From contig CM022678.1 of the NCBI GenBank assembly GCA_012295275.1, forward strand, positions 5,208,001 through 5,272,000: a DNA stretch of 64,000 nt, in the 5' to 3' direction. The notes beneath the pieces were generated by a model that saw nothing but the letters and a program-made list of their open reading frames with translations, made no database searches and was not told the DNA's origin. Source of the stretch: Chrysomallon squamiferum. Lineage: Eukaryota > Animalia > Mollusca. Positions 60,100 to 64,000 of this stretch are shown piece after piece. A program made the translations under genes and the position numbers. Each line of letters begins with the position of its first letter. The first letter of the stretch is position 1.

Positions 60100-60445
60100 C
60101 ACTGTTAATGTCAAACGCAGGTGTAATAATATTCAGTAACAAACTTCATTTAAAATAGCATGTACAGTGGCGCCTGTGAAATAACATACGCACGTTAGTA
60201 GTGATTTACACACACAGCAGCTGTATGAAAACGTGCTTTAAGAAGAAAATGATCCTCATAATGAGAAATATATTAGAGTATTATATCGATTTAAAAAGGA
60301 GAAATAAGTTTGTTTTAAACTTTCAGAACATATGTTGTCACTCCACAGGCGAGTGACTAATATTTTGAAAAGAAACCCAGCAATTTTCTACGCATCTGAT
60401 GTAAGTCTGAGTATTTTTTATTTATTTGTTAATTCCACGCACACG

Positions 60446-60485
<40 letters not shown>

Positions 60486-61739
60486 GAGATACACACACAC
60501 ACATATCTAGGGGAAAATAATAAAAGTAAACCCAAAATAACCAAAATACAATTTCCCCAAAAAATAACTGTAAAAAAGAAAACAAAACAATAACATGTGT
60601 AGATGTGTACAGACAGACAGACAGATAGACAGACATGTATGCGTGCAAGTATTTATTGATATAGATCAGTCTTTATCCGTTTGCCCGTATATGTATCTAA
60701 TTATTCATATGTTTATCTATTTTCGAAATTCGAGTTATTATTTTAATTTGTTCCAGCTGATCTTTCTTTATTTCTCTCTCTCTCTCTCTTTTTTTTCTTC
60801 TAAAATATATTCTCCTTCTTTCTTTCCCTATTTTAATTTTCCTCCGTTCCAGAATTTCCTCAAAAGTCAATTTAGATTATTTTAATTCTACCGGTTCTAT
60901 CATCCCTGGGTGTGAAAATCTGTGTAAGTAACGCCTCAATTAACACATCTGATTTGTACAACTTTCGTTTACTTGTAAGTTTTAATATTATGTCTACGGG
61001 CTAATTAAATTAATTCGGAACGTTTTTGACTTTCTTAATAGTAGCTGCGCTTCTTTTGTTCAATAAAGTTTCCTCCAAAACGGTTTCTTCAAAATGTGGA
61101 TGTAGAAATAATAGAGTCAATTAACATTTATTTATCTCAGCAAAAATGTAAAGTGGTTTCTCGAGGATGTGGGTGATTACAATCGATGTGACAGGGATTA
61201 ATCATTTCAAATTTAGACTGTAATTTATTATCCGTGATACTAACATGCAATTCTAATCCACTAGATAAATATCACATTAATAAAGAGGACGGCTACAGTT
61301 ATTTATTAGTAACTTATAAACACATTTACCTGTTGCGCATTTCATTATAAATGAATAATTGACACAAACGAACAATATACTGAATTATCTACGGTTTACT
61401 GGACATCTAGATAAGATACGGAACCCTTCATTTGGAGAATCCATTTAAATCGGATTCAGTTAATTGAGAAGCCTAGTTAAAGTCGGAATCGGTCTGTGGA
61501 GATTCAAGATAATTATGTTAATGAAAATTTTAACTAATAGCATAAATTGTATAGAGAATTTATGTTGACGCGGACGTCAGTGAAAACTGTGCAATCAGAG
61601 ACCCAAGCCAGCTGAGGCCGCTTAACGAGGTTTGTGTTGCGTCAACCCGATGTAATAGATATCTGCACTGTTGTTAGTTGCTGTACGCAAAATTAAAAAT
61701 TAAATTTTGCCACGTGCCAACGTTAAATTTCGCCGTCGT

Positions 61740-62130
61740 CATTATCCTGATCCACCGAGACGTGATTGTAAGGGTTTTCTCATAATTCTTGTTGACGTGG
61801 TCCATAGATCACTGTACATGGTAATCCATACCCTTAACAAGTACTGCGTTGCATGGTGTAGTCGCAATTCACCGTCTCAAAAAGCAAAGTGTGCATGGTT
61901 CTTTATACAAACGATTGGCTTGCACTGGTTATTCTGATATTTCCAGCCCAAGTCATTTGCATCAAGAACAGTCTCTTTTCCTAATCATGTCAGATTAGAA
62001 TTTCGTGGCAGGTGCAACTGGCGAAAATCAATCAGGAGTCACAAAGGAGGTTGCAGAATTCCAGAAAGATGAGACTCTGAATACGATGGTTCTTCTCCAG
62101 AGATAAGAGCCGTGACTTCATTCCCACAAT
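61740..62130 (-). mobile_element. Academ-like DNA transposon remnant (XPG-domain tail plus Cys-rich zinc finger)
   Basis: Degenerate minus-strand frames give ATSFVTPD*FSPVAPATKF, then LGKETVLDANDLGWKYQNNQCKPI, then LLFETVNCDYTMQRSTC*GYGLPCTVIYGPRQQEL*ENP. This resembles the LPPT...WGW...CxC...CxC...GLxCT...C..C...CxN tail I associate with Academ proteins. Confidence 0.6.
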
Positions 62131-62800
62131 TTTTTTATAGTGTCAAATGTTTAACGATGTGTTATGAAAGTAAATGCACAAGATTTTAAATGTTTATTTA
62201 CGAATTTTACAAATAATGTCACACTTCCAACCCTAAAAATGCGGAACGTGATATCACACCCAATAAGTGAATTACGTGGTATTCCTTTTGAAATTTCCTA
62301 TCATTTGGATCCTTCAAGTTTTTGTAGATAAAGATACGCTCATTTGAGACAGCTGAAGTGTCCAATAGCAGCAAACAGAGGCAGGCATTTTATCAAGTGT
62401 GAGTGTGTGTCCTGTTTCTATATGTTGGTAATACATCTATAAGGTCTAAATGGAAACTGATTGATATTATGCAAATTACCCATCTTCCTGGGTCATACTT
62501 TTTAAGACTTTTTATTTTTTATCCAATAACACATGATACACAGACAAGATTAACGCCATTATTTTTCATATATTGACATGAATAATATTCTGAAAATCAT
62601 TTAAAGCGATGTTAGTCAACAGTTTACCACAACACATTTTTTTACGCTTATCCATATCGCTTAGTTAGCTCTTTTTTTTCATTTAATTTTCCTTTTCTTT
62701 TCTTGATAAAGTATTTAGCTTGTAACAAAATTAATGCTATCTTAATTATCTCTTACAGCGGAAGGACTTGTTTGCTGTTGAAATTTACATTCTCAGCAAT

Positions 62801-63832
62801 ATGAATATCTGTTCCTTGATTCGAAGAAAGTATCGTAGAATGCTATTTCTATTAGTCATTACTTTAATTTTTCAACTTTCTATCAGATTTGTTCCTTTGA
62901 CGAAAATCTCTCTCAACGAAACTAAATTCACATCATCGTCAGCTGTAATCAAACCGAAGGAAGCTAATCATACAGCTAGTTCAGTTTGCAGTTGCAAGGC
63001 TTTTACGAGATATCGAAAAAACTGGCATATGAAGAACATAGGTTGTCCCGAAGACCAAAACACGGTGAAAGCTGTTTTAAAAACGCTTGGAGAAAACATC
63101 CCAATCTACGTCTATCCAAAGACCATGGACCTTTGGGTGTCGGGATCTATCATAGACACAGGTTCTTTTGAAAGCTATCTTTTCATCCGAGTTTACGACA
63201 TAATGTCCAAAGACAAATCGCTCGATTTTGTAGACATTGGTGCCAACGTAGGAGTCTATACCTTGACAGTTGCCAAGATGGGTCGAAGGGTTTTGGCCAT
63301 CGAAGCTCTGCCTCAGAATGCCAGGAAACTCTGCAAATCAGTGCAAGAGGTGAAGTTTAATCAACCGGTTCCAGTGATTGTCAACAACGTCGTTTCTGAT
63401 AAAAGAGGCCTGTTCGGATTTGGATTCTATCCTGGAAATATAGGCGGTACGTACGTTGTGGAGAAAAAGAAAAACGACAACAGCTCAAACGAAGTCGTCG
63501 AATCTATTCTGCTCGACGACGTGTTGGAAATATTTCCAATGAAAAATGTTTTTATGAAAATCGACGTCGAAAGACACGAAAGCCAGGTTCTGAAAGGAGC
63601 TCGCGAGTTTTTTAAAAACGTTAACGTTAAATACATACTGATGGAGATGTCTTTTGCTACCGAAGATGACATCAGCAGAGCCGACGAAGTCATGCAGTTT
63701 TTAGAAGATCAAAAGTTGAAGCCTTACTGGCCAGATAACCCACTAACACCTGTGAGTAGATCCACTTTATTAAACAGCAAGAGAACACGTGACGTCTTAT
63801 GGCAAAAAATCCCAGTAAAAACAGATGCTTGA
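62801..63832 (+). CDS. FkbM-family SAM-dependent methyltransferase copy B, intact, single coding exon, type II membrane topology (~343 aa)
   Basis: Acceptor ctcttacag| at 62758, first ATG at 62801. RRKYRR is followed by MLFLLVITLIFQLSI, a stem, then FVDIGANVGVYT / AIEALPQN / GNIGG / LDD / MKIDVERHESQVLKGA motifs. Confidence 0.92.
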   Translation: MNICSLIRRKYRRMLFLLVITLIFQLSIRFVPLTKISLNETKFTSSSAVIKPKEANHTASSVCSCKAFTRYRKNWHMKNIGCPEDQNTVKAVLKTLGENIPIYVYPKTMDLWVSGSIIDTGSFESYLFIRVYDIMSKDKSLDFVDIGANVGVYTLTVAKMGRRVLAIEALPQNARKLCKSVQEVKFNQPVPVIVNNVVSDKRGLFGFGFYPGNIGGTYVVEKKKNDNSSNEVVESILLDDVLEIFPMKNVFMKIDVERHESQVLKGAREFFKNVNVKYILMEMSFATEDDISRADEVMQFLEDQKLKPYWPDNPLTPVSRSTLLNSKRTRDVLWQKIPVKTDA

Positions 63833-64000
63833 CTGCCATTCATCATCATCAATCGATCTGGATAGGTAATTCATGGGAAAAAAAGTTCAACGTTTAAGTG
63901 CAAGCTACAATGACTGGGATATTTAATTTTTGAAAGGAATGGGTGTAAAAGTGTGTATTTACTGAATAATGTGATGTGTTCCGTTGATTCATTAAATTCA

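Noticed and set aside
62768-62800. TTG start given by the ORF track for methyltransferase B
   Set aside because: This is a eukaryotic gene. The first ATG at 62801 matches the start region of copy A.

Overview
This is AT-rich, microsatellite-dense eukaryotic DNA with GT-AG introns. The (AG)n/(AC)n/(AAT)n/(ATTT)n load suggests a mollusc such as an octopod cephalopod, which is my inference only. Bases 1-51 kb hold a tandem array of one uncharacterised secreted-protein family. Each complete gene has a TATA-driven short non-coding exon, a signal-peptide exon (phase-1 intron) and one ~1.55 kb exon encoding four copies of a ~125-160 aa domain (W-x2-V-x5-G-x4-GS-x3-L-x6-G ... TT-x-G-x-V ... WF). On the minus strand are G1 (runs off the window) and G2. 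On the plus strand are G3 (two frameshifts), G4, G5 (5'-deleted and frameshifted) and G6, plus a relic at ~13.5-15.8 kb. At least seven inverted copies of the family's 3' coding end lie between genes. Two intronless FkbM-family SAM methyltransferase genes with type II membrane anchors follow (57.1 kb, frameshifted; 62.8 kb, intact). Transposon relics include a MULE-like, a Tigger/pogo and an Academ-like element. The best candidates for new biology are the four-repeat secreted family, its inverted 3' fragments and the neighbouring Golgi-type methyltransferases. Most short ORFs in the supplied track are microsatellite artefacts.
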